64,000 bases of DNA from assembly GCA_963555995.3 (NCBI GenBank), contig OY821641.1, forward strand, positions 1,152,001-1,216,000, given 5' to 3'. The DNA is from Vicinamibacteria bacterium. Its GTDB lineage: Bacteria > Acidobacteriota > Vicinamibacteria > Marinacidobacterales > Marinacidobacteraceae. The notes beneath the pieces are model-generated. The model had not been told where the DNA came from. It made no database searches and was given only the letters and a program-made list of their open reading frames with translations. Positions 56,101-64,000 of the stretch are shown in pieces. The position numbers and the translations under genes were made by a program. Position 1 is the stretch's first letter, and the number at the start of each line of letters is the position of its first letter.

Positions 56101-57266
56101 CCGGCCTGGTCGCCGCCGGTGATCGCGAGCGCGGACTTCTTGCCGAACGCTTCCGGGATCACCCCGACGAAGCCCTCGCCGGGTTCGAGGTCGGGGACCG
56201 CGAGATCCGCGAGCAGCGGGTTCTCGCCGGCCGTGCCGATGACCACCAGGGTCGGCGCGGCGCCCGGCTCGTCAATCGCGCCCGCGGCGGCCGCCACCGG
56301 GAAGTCCATCCCGGACGACTCGAGGCCCAGCCGCGCGGCGAGGGCGACCGTGCCGCCCGGATCTTCGGCGGTCACCGCCAGGCGCGCGTCCAGCTGGTCC
56401 GGGATGCGGTCGCCGTTCGAATCGCCCAGCAGCCCGTCGGGCTCGTAGAGGACCGCGAGCCGGAGGTCGTTCTTGGCGCCGGAACCGGGCCGGCCGGGGA
56501 CGGGTCCGGGCTCCACGGCGGGCGGGTCATGGCTGACCGACGCCTCCGACTCCCCGCCGTCGTGCGCCGCCACCACCCGCAAGGTGGCGAGGCTGTCGAA
56601 GCGCAGGTCGTCCCCGGCGGACTCCACGGCCGAGGTGACGGCGTTCGCGGCGTCCGCGTCGGCGGCGGCGACGCGCACGTCCGCGGAGGCCAGCGAACTC
56701 GCGCCCGCTTCCAACTCCACCCGCACCGTGTGAGCGGCGGCGGCCGCGTCTCCGGCAGCGCTCATGACCGCCGCCTCGACGTCCCCGAGGGACTCGCCGT
56801 CCGTCCGGAAAACGTGGGGCGCCCGGGAGGCGAGCCACGCGGCGGCGGCCGCGAGGCCGGCGTCGTCACCGCCGCGGACCGCGACGATCACGGAATCGCC
56901 CGCGGTGTGCAGCTCCACGGCGCCGCGTCCGGCGGCCAGGTCGCCCATCCCGGACACGCCGAGCCGGGAGAGCGCTTCGTCGCCCACGGCGATCTCCATC
57001 TCCGCGTCGGTGGGAAACGGGAGATTGAGCGCCAGGGTCTCGAACCCGAGCCGGGCGGCGAGGTCCGCGGCGATCGCGACCTCGGCCGCCGAGGGGGAAC
57101 CGGGCAGCACGACCCGGGCGTTCAAGCGGTCGGCGACGCCGTCCCCGTTCGTGTCGGAAACGGCGCCGCCCAGCGCGTAGAGCGCGGCAAGCGACTCCGG
57201 CTGTGCGGCCGCCGGGGCGGCGGCCAGGACAACGGCAAGACTCAGAACAACGGCGGAAGTACGCAT
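53148..57266 (-). CDS. Large secreted M14 zinc carboxypeptidase-family protein (1372 aa)
   Basis: AAGGAGG RBS, signal peptide MRTSAVVLSL..., C-terminal RQHANE (HxxE), NPDG, LNPHGY; long N-terminal region with duplicated DxNGDxxxD modules. Confidence 0.85.
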   Translation of the reverse strand: MRTSAVVLSLAVVLAAAPAAAQPESLAALYALGGAVSDTNGDGVADRLNARVVLPGSPSAAEVAIAADLAARLGFETLALNLPFPTDAEMEIAVGDEALSRLGVSGMGDLAAGRGAVELHTAGDSVIVAVRGGDDAGLAAAAAWLASRAPHVFRTDGESLGDVEAAVMSAAGDAAAAAHTVRVELEAGASSLASADVRVAAADADAANAVTSAVESAGDDLRFDSLATLRVVAAHDGGESEASVSHDPPAVEPGPVPGRPGSGAKNDLRLAVLYEPDGLLGDSNGDRIPDQLDARLAVTAEDPGGTVALAARLGLESSGMDFPVAAAAGAIDEPGAAPTLVVIGTAGENPLLADLAVPDLEPGEGFVGVIPEAFGKKSALAITGGDQAGLSRALYQTAVGLPHLDAANRKKDHPTVDAVEFNTWKFLTQRSPGGQAAAALYKLERIAADISHLGIESSKILVSVKDPAPGLDDFVAAAAERLGLGDATVELDDRNVENAAVIHEEEFAVPSEVEEFRGIVADRLLPAVGRGDRVRVTVVLSEPAAVRHSLRDELVADLRGRGASVSDGDVVVLSAYRQGYSWIEEVVLPRLLALREGGTPTARVRLLFREHRPPPDWPQQAMHTPLRWQHAMFPADEIMAEALALDLGDVGFELRTEADAPAYRIVAEDANGEVLLNETFEPRLVSRPFFDRYPDYERIQVTTGGITAEVDGETVVDERIRMDAEAFWDHYQSDTLARLYEYIMELHEGKPRGPADAPYFGQLKVVLSLSEPERLLGVEQEIESTHDALHEDIYFVTHSFLRHLGRNSLGTELTYGGRVIPEMRGKTDGTPGTAHILFTGFRTSRPAIVVDYTAADGRTGTVRRNIPKVEVGRPKAMTARVSAGNAGLDSLRLRVKVDTDADERDYYVERHGEDDADERIISAAQVARVLELLGELRAAGLYSSELAFAGLGDLEVAAAWDWGYGPDTERATTLAANGAPPPFPDIMTFRDATGSDDQLVQWDSPISPPEAYGILARMSEFPEATVYQIGESYLGQSTWAMDLMPPMDATHWSQRKASLLKPTIVYSARQHANEVSSTSHVLRLAEMLLTDPERKSNLDKVNIVFHPIQNPDGAQLAWDMHQYNREHILHAGYWGSLGIDSTSDSDEPMPIYPEAEVRPRLWRMWLPDIFLNPHGYPAHQLVQLFSEFSGLVRAGRRTERNWGFNKGWFMPGFDVVDDPELPRHKDAALKIRGYITNAIQDTSLVRTMNERTYDRYRRYGMQFEPEVFHMDLHNGVNIQMPIKGRRASAPGRGGRGYDPKITIWAGGTEAPDEPAYGAWMEVVASAGLAWDTAVLQYLLDGDHQVNRNTSEFFGGVSIRLDRPRPPEENEEE

Positions 57267-57420
57267 CGCACTGCCTCCTTCCCGGGCGGCCGGCGGGGAA
57301 CCGCCCATTGTAGGGGGTGGGTTCGCGCGCCCGGACGGCGCCCTTCTTCCGGCCAGCCGCGGACGCTCTGGTCGGGGGCGCCGGCGGTCCCGGCCAGAAC
57401 TACCCTCATTTGCTCTTGGA

Positions 57421-57755
57421 CAGCAGGAACGGCTCGGACTCGGAGCGCCGGCCTCCGACCGGCATCGCCGAGCGCGGCGAGGCGGAACCGCACTCCCCGA
57501 CGAGTCCTGACGGTGCGAACGCAAGCAGGGGGAGCGCCGGTCTTCAGACCGGCACCGCGGGCCAAAGGCCCGCGCGGATGTCGTGTCGCAGTTCGCGGTG
57601 TCGAACCCAGGAGCGGAACGCCGCCGCGCAGGTGAGCGTCGCGCCGTGCGCTGCGCTATGGCGCAGCGCGTGCCGGTCTGAAGACCGGCGCTCCCAGCCG
57701 GCGGCACAACCTGCGCTGGTTGACGTTTCGCCGGGACCCTGTTTCCACAGCGACT
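57421..57755. repeat. REP cluster including composite repeat copy 3 (inverted relative to 4115-4336)
   Basis: REPs at 57442, 57531 and 57670; about 225 bp homologous to 4115-4336; 57421-57470 homologous to 1522-1560. Confidence 0.86.
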
Positions 57756-57803
57756 GACCGGCGGTCCCCGGGGAGAGAGCGACGTTCCCTTATTCTCGGG
57801 CGG

Positions 57804-58934
57804 ATGCGGCGCACCGGGGTCTGGATGGCGGTCTGGTTGGCGGCGGCCATCACTGCCGGTTCCTGCCGCAGCTCGGTCTGGCCGGGGGCCGAGGCGACGC
57901 GGGAGGCGCTCGTCGCCCTTCACCGCGACGTGCGGGGCCGGGTGCTGGCCGGTGACCTGGCGCGGGCCGACGGCTTCGCCTACGCGGTGGACGTGGGCGA
58001 ACTCCTGCGGGTGGCGGCGCGGCTCGGCGACCGGGAGATGTACGCGGCGCTTCGCGGTTTCGCCGTCCGGCGGCTGATCGTGGACGAGCCCGACGATCCC
58101 CACACCCGCGGCTTCGTTCTCTGGCGGCGGTCGCCGGCGCCGGTGGACGAGGAGGATGCCCCGGACGCTTCCGGAACCACGGAGGCGCTGCGGGTCTCCG
58201 AGGGGCTCTGGGCGGGCGCGCTCGCGTTCGGCGCCACCGAGGACCGGGAACTCGCGCTCACGATCCTGGCCGGCTACGCGCGGCACGCGAGCGACGCCGC
58301 CGGCCTGCTCCTCATTCGCAACTACTTCAACTTCGGCAGCCGGGACTTCGCCACGAACTCGTTCCTCGTGGACTACGCCCCCGACTACCTCGCGCGGGTG
58401 GCCCGGGACACGGGCCGGCAGGATTTCGCAAAACTGGCGGCGCGCAGCTACGAGGTCGTCCGCGCCGCGCGCTCGCCGGCGGGACTCATCTACGACGTGT
58501 TCCAGCCGGAGATGGCCACGCTGTTCGACGACCGCCGGACGCTGCTCTATTCGCCGAACGACATCGTCCAGACCTCGAACGCGGCGGCGATCGCGGCGAC
58601 GGTGCTCGAAGGCGCGCCGGAGGTGGCATCCCGGATTCTCGCCTTCTGCCGCGACCGGATGCCGGGTCTCAAGCTCGCTTACTACGGGCGCACCGGGGAG
58701 GAGGCGCGGCAGAAACGTCCCGGAATCGAGATCTGGGGGACGCTGACCGAGATGAGCGTCCGCCGCCGGGACGAAACCGCGATCCGGGCCTTCGCCCCGT
58801 TCCTGGTCTCGAACGCCGCCGCCGACCGCATTCCGGGCGACGCCTTCCTCTACGTCGGCGCCCACCTGCTGCTCGGCCTCGAAGCCCTCGACGGGTACTT
58901 CGGACTGGAGCGGCCCGTCCCGATCGTCCGGTGA
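57804..58934 (+). CDS. Putative lipoprotein, (alpha/alpha)6 glycoside hydrolase (GH8-like) fold suspected
   Basis: Lipobox-like AGSC; DASGTTEALRVSEGLWAG loosely resembles the GH8 A.DGDL.IA.AL helix. Family call tentative. Confidence 0.55.
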   Translation: MRRTGVWMAVWLAAAITAGSCRSSVWPGAEATREALVALHRDVRGRVLAGDLARADGFAYAVDVGELLRVAARLGDREMYAALRGFAVRRLIVDEPDDPHTRGFVLWRRSPAPVDEEDAPDASGTTEALRVSEGLWAGALAFGATEDRELALTILAGYARHASDAAGLLLIRNYFNFGSRDFATNSFLVDYAPDYLARVARDTGRQDFAKLAARSYEVVRAARSPAGLIYDVFQPEMATLFDDRRTLLYSPNDIVQTSNAAAIAATVLEGAPEVASRILAFCRDRMPGLKLAYYGRTGEEARQKRPGIEIWGTLTEMSVRRRDETAIRAFAPFLVSNAAADRIPGDAFLYVGAHLLLGLEALDGYFGLERPVPIVR

Positions 58935-60514
58935 AAGGCGCGACTCCCGGTCCCGCGCGAGGCGGCTGGTTGCGAGTTGCCCTGGCGCTCGTCGGACTGA
59001 ATCTGCTCCTGACGGTTTCGTTCTCGTCGGCCGTCCCGTGGGTGCGCCCGACGGCCGCGGTTTCTCCGGACCTGCTCCTGCTGGTGGGCGCCGGAGCCCT
59101 GCTCGGCGGCCGGTGGTCTCCCCGCTGGCTCCGGGTTCTCATCGCCCTGACCCTGCTGGCCGCGGCCTCCGCCCGGATCGCGGACCTCGTCGCCCTCGGA
59201 CTGCTGGGGCGCCCCCTCGACCCGGCGGGCGACCTGCCGCACCTCGGGAACGTGGCGGAAATGCTCGCGACCGTGAGTCCGGTCCTGACCCCGGCGGTCC
59301 TGGTTCCGCTCGGCGGCCTCTTCCTGGGCGGCCTGCTCCTGCTCATCGTCCGCGCGCTGGGCATCCTCGCGGAAGCGGCAGCCCGCCTCGACCGGCGCCG
59401 CCGCGCGGGATTCGCCGCCGCCGCGTCCGTCCTGCTCGCCGTCCCGTGGCTCTGGCCGCCCGGAGGTTCCGCCCTGCTGGCTGCGTGGAGCCTCGCCGCC
59501 GCCCCCGCCGCCGAGCCGCGCGCCTCCATCACCGCTCCACCGCTCCCCGGCGCTCCCGACCTGGGAGGCGCCGACTTCTACGTGATCTTCCTCGAGTCCT
59601 ACGGGGTGGCGGCGTTCCAGGACCCGGGACGCCGCGCCGCGCTCGAAACGGCGGCCGCGCGCTGGGCCGAAGACGCGAAAGCCGGAGGCTTCGACTACCG
59701 CTCGGCGCAGATCCAGAGCCCCACCTTCGGAGGCGGCTCCTGGCGCGCCCACGCCTCGCTGCTTTCGGGCGTTTGGGTGGAGCGCGAAGCGCTCTACCGG
59801 GCGCTGATCGGGTCCGAGCGGGCCAGTCTCGTGCGCCTCCTGGGACAGGCGGGATACCGGACCGTCGCCTTCGAACCGGGAATCCAGGGCGATTGGCCCG
59901 AGGGCGCCTGGTACGGCTTCGACCGCATCTACGACCGGGAGGGGATCGGCTACCGGGGTCCGGCGATGGGCTGGTGGGAGGTCCCGGACCAGTACACCCT
60001 CCACGCGCTCCACGAGCGGGAGATCCGCACTGCCGACCGGCCGCTGTTCGCCAAGGTCTCCCTGATCATGAGCCACATCCCCTACTGGCCCGTACCGCCC
60101 TACGTCACTCCCTGGAGCCGCTTCGACGCGGGGACCGCCTACGAAGGGCCGCTCCGCTCCGTCGCCCACGACGACTACCGGGACCTCGCCGAGCTGTCCG
60201 AGCGCTACGTGACCAGCCTGGAGTACCAGTTCCGCGTGGTGGGCGGGTTTCTGCGCGAGTTCGCGCCCCGCCCGGCGCTGGTCGCGGTCATCGGCGATCA
60301 CCAGCCGCCGAAGCTCTCGCTCCACGACAGCGACACCTGGGCGACCCCCATCCACCTTTTCGCCCGGGACCCGGCGCTCCTGGAACCGTGGGAAGAACGC
60401 GGCTTCACCCGCACGCTGGTTCCCGAGGCCGGCACTTCGTGGCGGATGAGCGATTTTCCCCACGATCTGGCGGAGTTCTTCCCCGACCGGAGGGCCGCCG
60501 ACGCGGCGCCCTGA
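58931..60514 (+). CDS. Membrane-anchored sulfatase / LTA-synthase-like (alkaline phosphatase superfamily) protein
   Basis: About 5 N-terminal TM helices, then IFLESYG, SPTFGGGSWRAH, SHIPY, IGDHQP. Confidence 0.8.
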   Translation: MKGATPGPARGGWLRVALALVGLNLLLTVSFSSAVPWVRPTAAVSPDLLLLVGAGALLGGRWSPRWLRVLIALTLLAAASARIADLVALGLLGRPLDPAGDLPHLGNVAEMLATVSPVLTPAVLVPLGGLFLGGLLLLIVRALGILAEAAARLDRRRRAGFAAAASVLLAVPWLWPPGGSALLAAWSLAAAPAAEPRASITAPPLPGAPDLGGADFYVIFLESYGVAAFQDPGRRAALETAAARWAEDAKAGGFDYRSAQIQSPTFGGGSWRAHASLLSGVWVEREALYRALIGSERASLVRLLGQAGYRTVAFEPGIQGDWPEGAWYGFDRIYDREGIGYRGPAMGWWEVPDQYTLHALHEREIRTADRPLFAKVSLIMSHIPYWPVPPYVTPWSRFDAGTAYEGPLRSVAHDDYRDLAELSERYVTSLEYQFRVVGGFLREFAPRPALVAVIGDHQPPKLSLHDSDTWATPIHLFARDPALLEPWEERGFTRTLVPEAGTSWRMSDFPHDLAEFFPDRRAADAAP

Positions 60515-60548
60515 TAATTTCCACCCCGAACCCGCGGCGAGATCTGGA

Positions 60549-61589
60549 ATGAAGGGAACCTGGAGGAAGGCGATTCCTCCGGCATGGGCGGTCGCTGCGG
60601 CGATCCTGGCCGCGCCGGGCAGCGCCTGGCCGCAGACGACGCCGTTCGAGCGGCTGCCGGCCGAGCAGTTCGACGCCACCCCGCCCTCGGCGCTCGTGGA
60701 TGGGGCGCCGGGACGCATGAGCGTCCGGTCCAGCGCCTGCCGGAACCTGTCGGTCGGGGAGACCCGGCGGCGCATCGTGGACGTCGCGGTCCAGGAGTGG
60801 GGCTTCTTCGGGTTCTACGTGATTGATCAGACCGGACCCTCAACGCGCACCCGGAGCGCCCGGGGAACGAGGCGATGGTGGTGGAGGCCCGCCAACGCGG
60901 CGGAGGGCGTCCGCATCGCGCCGACCATCGCCGGGTACTGGGCGGCGACCCCGCGCGGGTCGTGGATGATCGAACGCCAGAACGGGCGGTGGAACGGGCC
61001 CGGCGGCCTCACCTCCCACTGGCGCGATCCCTGGTCCGCCGCCTTCATCTCGTGGGTGATGTGCGAGGGCGGACTCGGCAGCCCGGACCGGTTCCGGCGC
61101 GCCATCGCGCACCACGTCTATGTGGACCAGGCGATCCGCGCCCGCGACGCAGAGTCTCCGCCGGCCGCGTTCCTCGCCCACGACATCGGTGACGCCGCCG
61201 TCACGCCGGGCGATCTGCTCTGCAGCAGCCGGCGGAGCAGCTACACGTCCATCGCGCAGCGCCGCCGGCATCTCGGCGTCGGCGCCCGGATGCATTGCGA
61301 CGTCGTCGTTGCGCTGGAGCCGGAGCGCGAACGCATCCTCACCATCGGCGGCAACGTGCGGGGCACGGTCGGCCTCAAGCTGATGCCCGCCGCCCTCCGG
61401 GGCGGCCATCTCGTGCCCACCCGCCGGCTGTTCGCCCACCTGAAGCTCCGGGCCGACCCCATCGGGAACGACGCCCTGAGCGCCAGCCCCACCCTGCAGG
61501 CGCTCGAAGGCGCGCCGGGCGTCCGGCTTCCGGCCGCAGTGGCGGACCTGCTCCCGTCCCCGGCCCGCTCCACCGGCCCCGGAAGCTAG
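60549..61589 (+). CDS. DUF2272 (CHAP-like) secreted protein
   Basis: Signal peptide, QEWGFFG, PWSAAFISWVM, GDLLC, HCDVVV, IGGNV. Confidence 0.8.
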   Translation: MKGTWRKAIPPAWAVAAAILAAPGSAWPQTTPFERLPAEQFDATPPSALVDGAPGRMSVRSSACRNLSVGETRRRIVDVAVQEWGFFGFYVIDQTGPSTRTRSARGTRRWWWRPANAAEGVRIAPTIAGYWAATPRGSWMIERQNGRWNGPGGLTSHWRDPWSAAFISWVMCEGGLGSPDRFRRAIAHHVYVDQAIRARDAESPPAAFLAHDIGDAAVTPGDLLCSSRRSSYTSIAQRRRHLGVGARMHCDVVVALEPERERILTIGGNVRGTVGLKLMPAALRGGHLVPTRRLFAHLKLRADPIGNDALSASPTLQALEGAPGVRLPAAVADLLPSPARSTGPGS

Positions 61590-61624
61590 TCACCCCACCC
61601 GGCAGCAGTTCCGGGTGGGGTGAC
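61589..61624. terminator. Hairpin between convergent genes (probable bidirectional terminator)
   Basis: GTCACCCCACCCGG-N8-CCGGGTGGGGTGAC, 14-bp stem, no U-tract. Confidence 0.6.
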
Positions 61625-61633
61625 GGTTGCGGC

Positions 61634-64000
61634 TCAGCTCCCGAACCGCCAGGTGAGCGCCGCCTTGATCCGGCGCTCCTTCGGGTCGTGGGTGAAGCCG
61701 TCGTAGGACTGCTCGATGTTGACCCACGGAGGGAGCTCCCCGGTCAGGTTCAGCGCATAGACGGTCAGGTCCACCCCGGCGGGAAGGCGCCAGAGGAAGC
61801 TCACGTCCAGGGTGCGGAACGGGTCAATCTGGGGCACGATGGTGTTGTCCCCGCGGTCCTCGTAGCCGGAGATGTAGTTCAGGTAGCTCGCCAGCCGGAA
61901 CGAGTTCCAGGCGTAGGCGGCGGACCAGCGGCTCTTCCAGCGGGGCAGCGGCACCGCGATCGGGTGCGCGAAGTTCAGGTAGCCGGCGGCCTCCTGCTCC
62001 TCCTTCAGGATCAGGTCCGTTCCCTCCAGCCGCAGCTCCTTCGTGTCGTAGCGCATCGTGTAGGTGGAGTCCCAACTGAGCGAGAGCTGCCCCGGCCCCG
62101 CGTCGGTCCGCGCCGCCAGGTGGGTGTCAATCCCCGAGGTGGTGAGCCCCGGCCAGTTCACCAGGTCAATCTGAATGCGCTGGAGGTTCTGCGCGTCGCA
62201 GCGGTCGCCGGGCGCCAACTCCGAGGCCCGGCCGCCCGGGCAGATGATGAACGGCGCCATCGCCGCGCGGGTGGCTTCGTTGTCGCTGGCGTAGAGGCTC
62301 GAGACCGCGTCGTAGGGCATGGAGCCGATCACGTTCTCGAAGTCGTAGCTCCAGTAGTCCACCGTCGCCTCCACGCCCCCGGTCAGGAACAGCACGGCGC
62401 CCGCGTTGTAGGTGAACGCCCGCTCCGGGAGCAGGTCCGGGTCGCCGTAGCGGTCCACCGCCTGGTAGGCCCCCGTCTCGTTGATCCACTCGAGGGTCGT
62501 CAGCGGGCTGGTGTTCAGGTCGTCCAGCGAGGGCGTCCGGAAGGTGGTCTGCACCGAGCCGCGGAAGGACAGCGAGTAGTCGAGGTTCTCGGCCGCCTGC
62601 AGGCGCCAGCCGAACTTGGGATCGAAGCTGTTCACCCGGCGGCCGGCGACGTTGTAGAACTCGTAGTTGGCGGCGAGCTGCGTGTCAATCCGCGGCCCGA
62701 CCTTCACCGCCAGCTCCCCGAACAGGCGCTGCACCTGCTGGCTCGCGTCGTAGGGGCGGTGGACGTTCGTGAACAGGTAGGGCCCGAACCGCTGCCCCGC
62801 CGCGCAGGTCATGTCGCCCGCCACCGGACAGGGGTTCACGGTCACGTCGCCGGGGTCGTTCGGGTTGCCGTCCGCGTTCATGGACCGGTACTGGTAGCCG
62901 ACGGCGAAGTCGGCCACGTTCTCCACCAGGTTGCCGCTCACGGTGGCGTCGGCGACGAACATGTCCGTAGTGCTGAAGAGGTCCACTTCCTCGTTGAGCC
63001 AGAGCCGCAGGTCCTCGGAGTTGGCGAGGGAGGCGACGTAGTCGGGGTTGGCGGTGTTCTCCAGGGTTGCGCCCGGCTGGTCGGCGAACTGCACGCCGTT
63101 GCTGAACGGGTTGTAGTACATGCACGGTCCCTGGCCGGCCACCGCGCCGCCGAGCGGCCCGAGGACCATCCCGGCGGGCGATGTGTGGTCCACCGTCACC
63201 CCGACGCCGCAGTTCGGTCCGCCGAAGCCGCGGAAGGCGCGGAACAGCCGGTCGGTGTACACCGCGGGGAGGTTCAGGTTGCCCTCGGCCCGCGAGTAGC
63301 TGACCCCGGCGTCCCAGTGGAGTTCCCGGGCGCCCACCATGAAGTCGCCGTCGAGCGAACCCGCGACCCGCTGGGTGCGGGACTCGCGGCGGAGCCGGCG
63401 CCCGGGGCCCGAGTTCCCGAACGGGCGGCCGTTGAAGTACCAGGGGGCGCCGTCGAGGCAGGCCCCGTTCGGGTCCGCTTTCGCGTTTCCGGCATAGACG
63501 TCGCAGAAGGCCTGCCGGCCCGGATGGTCCGCCCCCACCTCCATGATCGAGGTGCTGGTCAGCGGGAACGGCGGGTAGGACGGCGTGGTGTACCAGTTCG
63601 GGATCACCGCGTCCGACCAGAGCGCCTCGAGGTGGTAGTCCATCCCCTCGGTCACGGGGCCGTTCATCTCGAAGAAGGCGCGGGTGTGCTGCTGCTCGTC
63701 CACGAGGTTGTCGAACGGCGCGTAACGGAACCGGCAGGTCCAGCCCTCGTCGAGGCCGCCGAAGTCGGTGCAGCGGGGATCGAAGACGTCGGCGGTCCAG
63801 GGCGCCGGCGCGCCGACCGCGAAGGTTCCGGGGTTGCCCAGGCTCGACCAGCCGGCGCGGCTCCCGGGGTCGTAGCCGCTGAGGCGGTCGAGCGTCCACG
63901 GGCGGTCCGCCATCTGGAGCTCCTGCCGGCCCACCCGCTCCATCGAGAAGACCGCGCTGGACTCCCCGAGGCCGAAGCCCCAGATCCCGGCGACGGTGGT
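61634..64000 (-). CDS. TonB-dependent receptor (3' part; open to window end)
   Basis: Frame open to 64000; beta-barrel motifs SFDPKFG, FRTPSL, PDLLPERAFTYNAG, VDYWSYDF, LTVYALNL. Confidence 0.85.
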   Translation of the reverse strand, partial: TTVAGIWGFGLGESSAVFSMERVGRQELQMADRPWTLDRLSGYDPGSRAGWSSLGNPGTFAVGAPAPWTADVFDPRCTDFGGLDEGWTCRFRYAPFDNLVDEQQHTRAFFEMNGPVTEGMDYHLEALWSDAVIPNWYTTPSYPPFPLTSTSIMEVGADHPGRQAFCDVYAGNAKADPNGACLDGAPWYFNGRPFGNSGPGRRLRRESRTQRVAGSLDGDFMVGARELHWDAGVSYSRAEGNLNLPAVYTDRLFRAFRGFGGPNCGVGVTVDHTSPAGMVLGPLGGAVAGQGPCMYYNPFSNGVQFADQPGATLENTANPDYVASLANSEDLRLWLNEEVDLFSTTDMFVADATVSGNLVENVADFAVGYQYRSMNADGNPNDPGDVTVNPCPVAGDMTCAAGQRFGPYLFTNVHRPYDASQQVQRLFGELAVKVGPRIDTQLAANYEFYNVAGRRVNSFDPKFGWRLQAAENLDYSLSFRGSVQTTFRTPSLDDLNTSPLTTLEWINETGAYQAVDRYGDPDLLPERAFTYNAGAVLFLTGGVEATVDYWSYDFENVIGSMPYDAVSSLYASDNEATRAAMAPFIICPGGRASELAPGDRCDAQNLQRIQIDLVNWPGLTTSGIDTHLAARTDAGPGQLSLSWDSTYTMRYDTKELRLEGTDLILKEEQEAAGYLNFAHPIAVPLPRWKSRWSAAYAWNSFRLASYLNYISGYEDRGDNTIVPQIDPFRTLDVSFLWRLPAGVDLTVYALNLTGELPPWVNIEQSYDGFTHDPKERRIKAALTWRFGS

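Noticed and set aside
57267-58865. 533-aa N-terminal extension of the 1905-aa ORF
   Set aside because: It crosses REP repeats and is antisense to the 57804 gene; the RBS and signal peptide place the true start at 57266.

Overview
High-GC bacterial chromosomal window from a diderm (it encodes LolA, a secretin and a TonB-dependent receptor). The gene content is Acidobacteriota-like, but that assignment is an inference. Housekeeping blocks are: an aromatic amino-acid operon trpE-trpG-aroF-aroB-aroA-[aroK-aroD-aroE fusion]-aroC plus a chorismate mutase/prephenate dehydrogenase; tRNA-Ala(CGC)-lolA-secretin; a dnaK-dnaJ-hspR heat-shock operon; greA-nfeD-SPFH; frameshifted prfB; and pepQ. Accessory genes include a partial type I R-M HsdM, yefM-yoeB, an orphan vapB, a quinohemoprotein dehydrogenase, transporters and peptidases. 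Most notable observations: (1) an exported peroxiredoxin with an in-frame UGA at the peroxidatic position followed by two perfect hairpins (probable selenoprotein); (2) shikimate genes in the exact domain order of eukaryotic AROM, with the last three already fused; (3) two NCS2 permeases, each fused to a degenerate RsbW/HATPase-like tail (possible transceptors); (4) many intergenic repeats: about 20 REP-like palindromes with compensatory base changes, a 179-bp MITE that sits on stop codons, and an insertion that duplicated the trpG start; (5) an unannotated 50-aa transmembrane ORF in the dnaK leader; (6) a DnaC/IstB-like ATPase with a natural Walker-B DQ; (7) about seven probably leaderless genes. 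No CRISPR array, rRNA, transposase or prophage was seen. All calls come from manual motif recognition; no searches were run.
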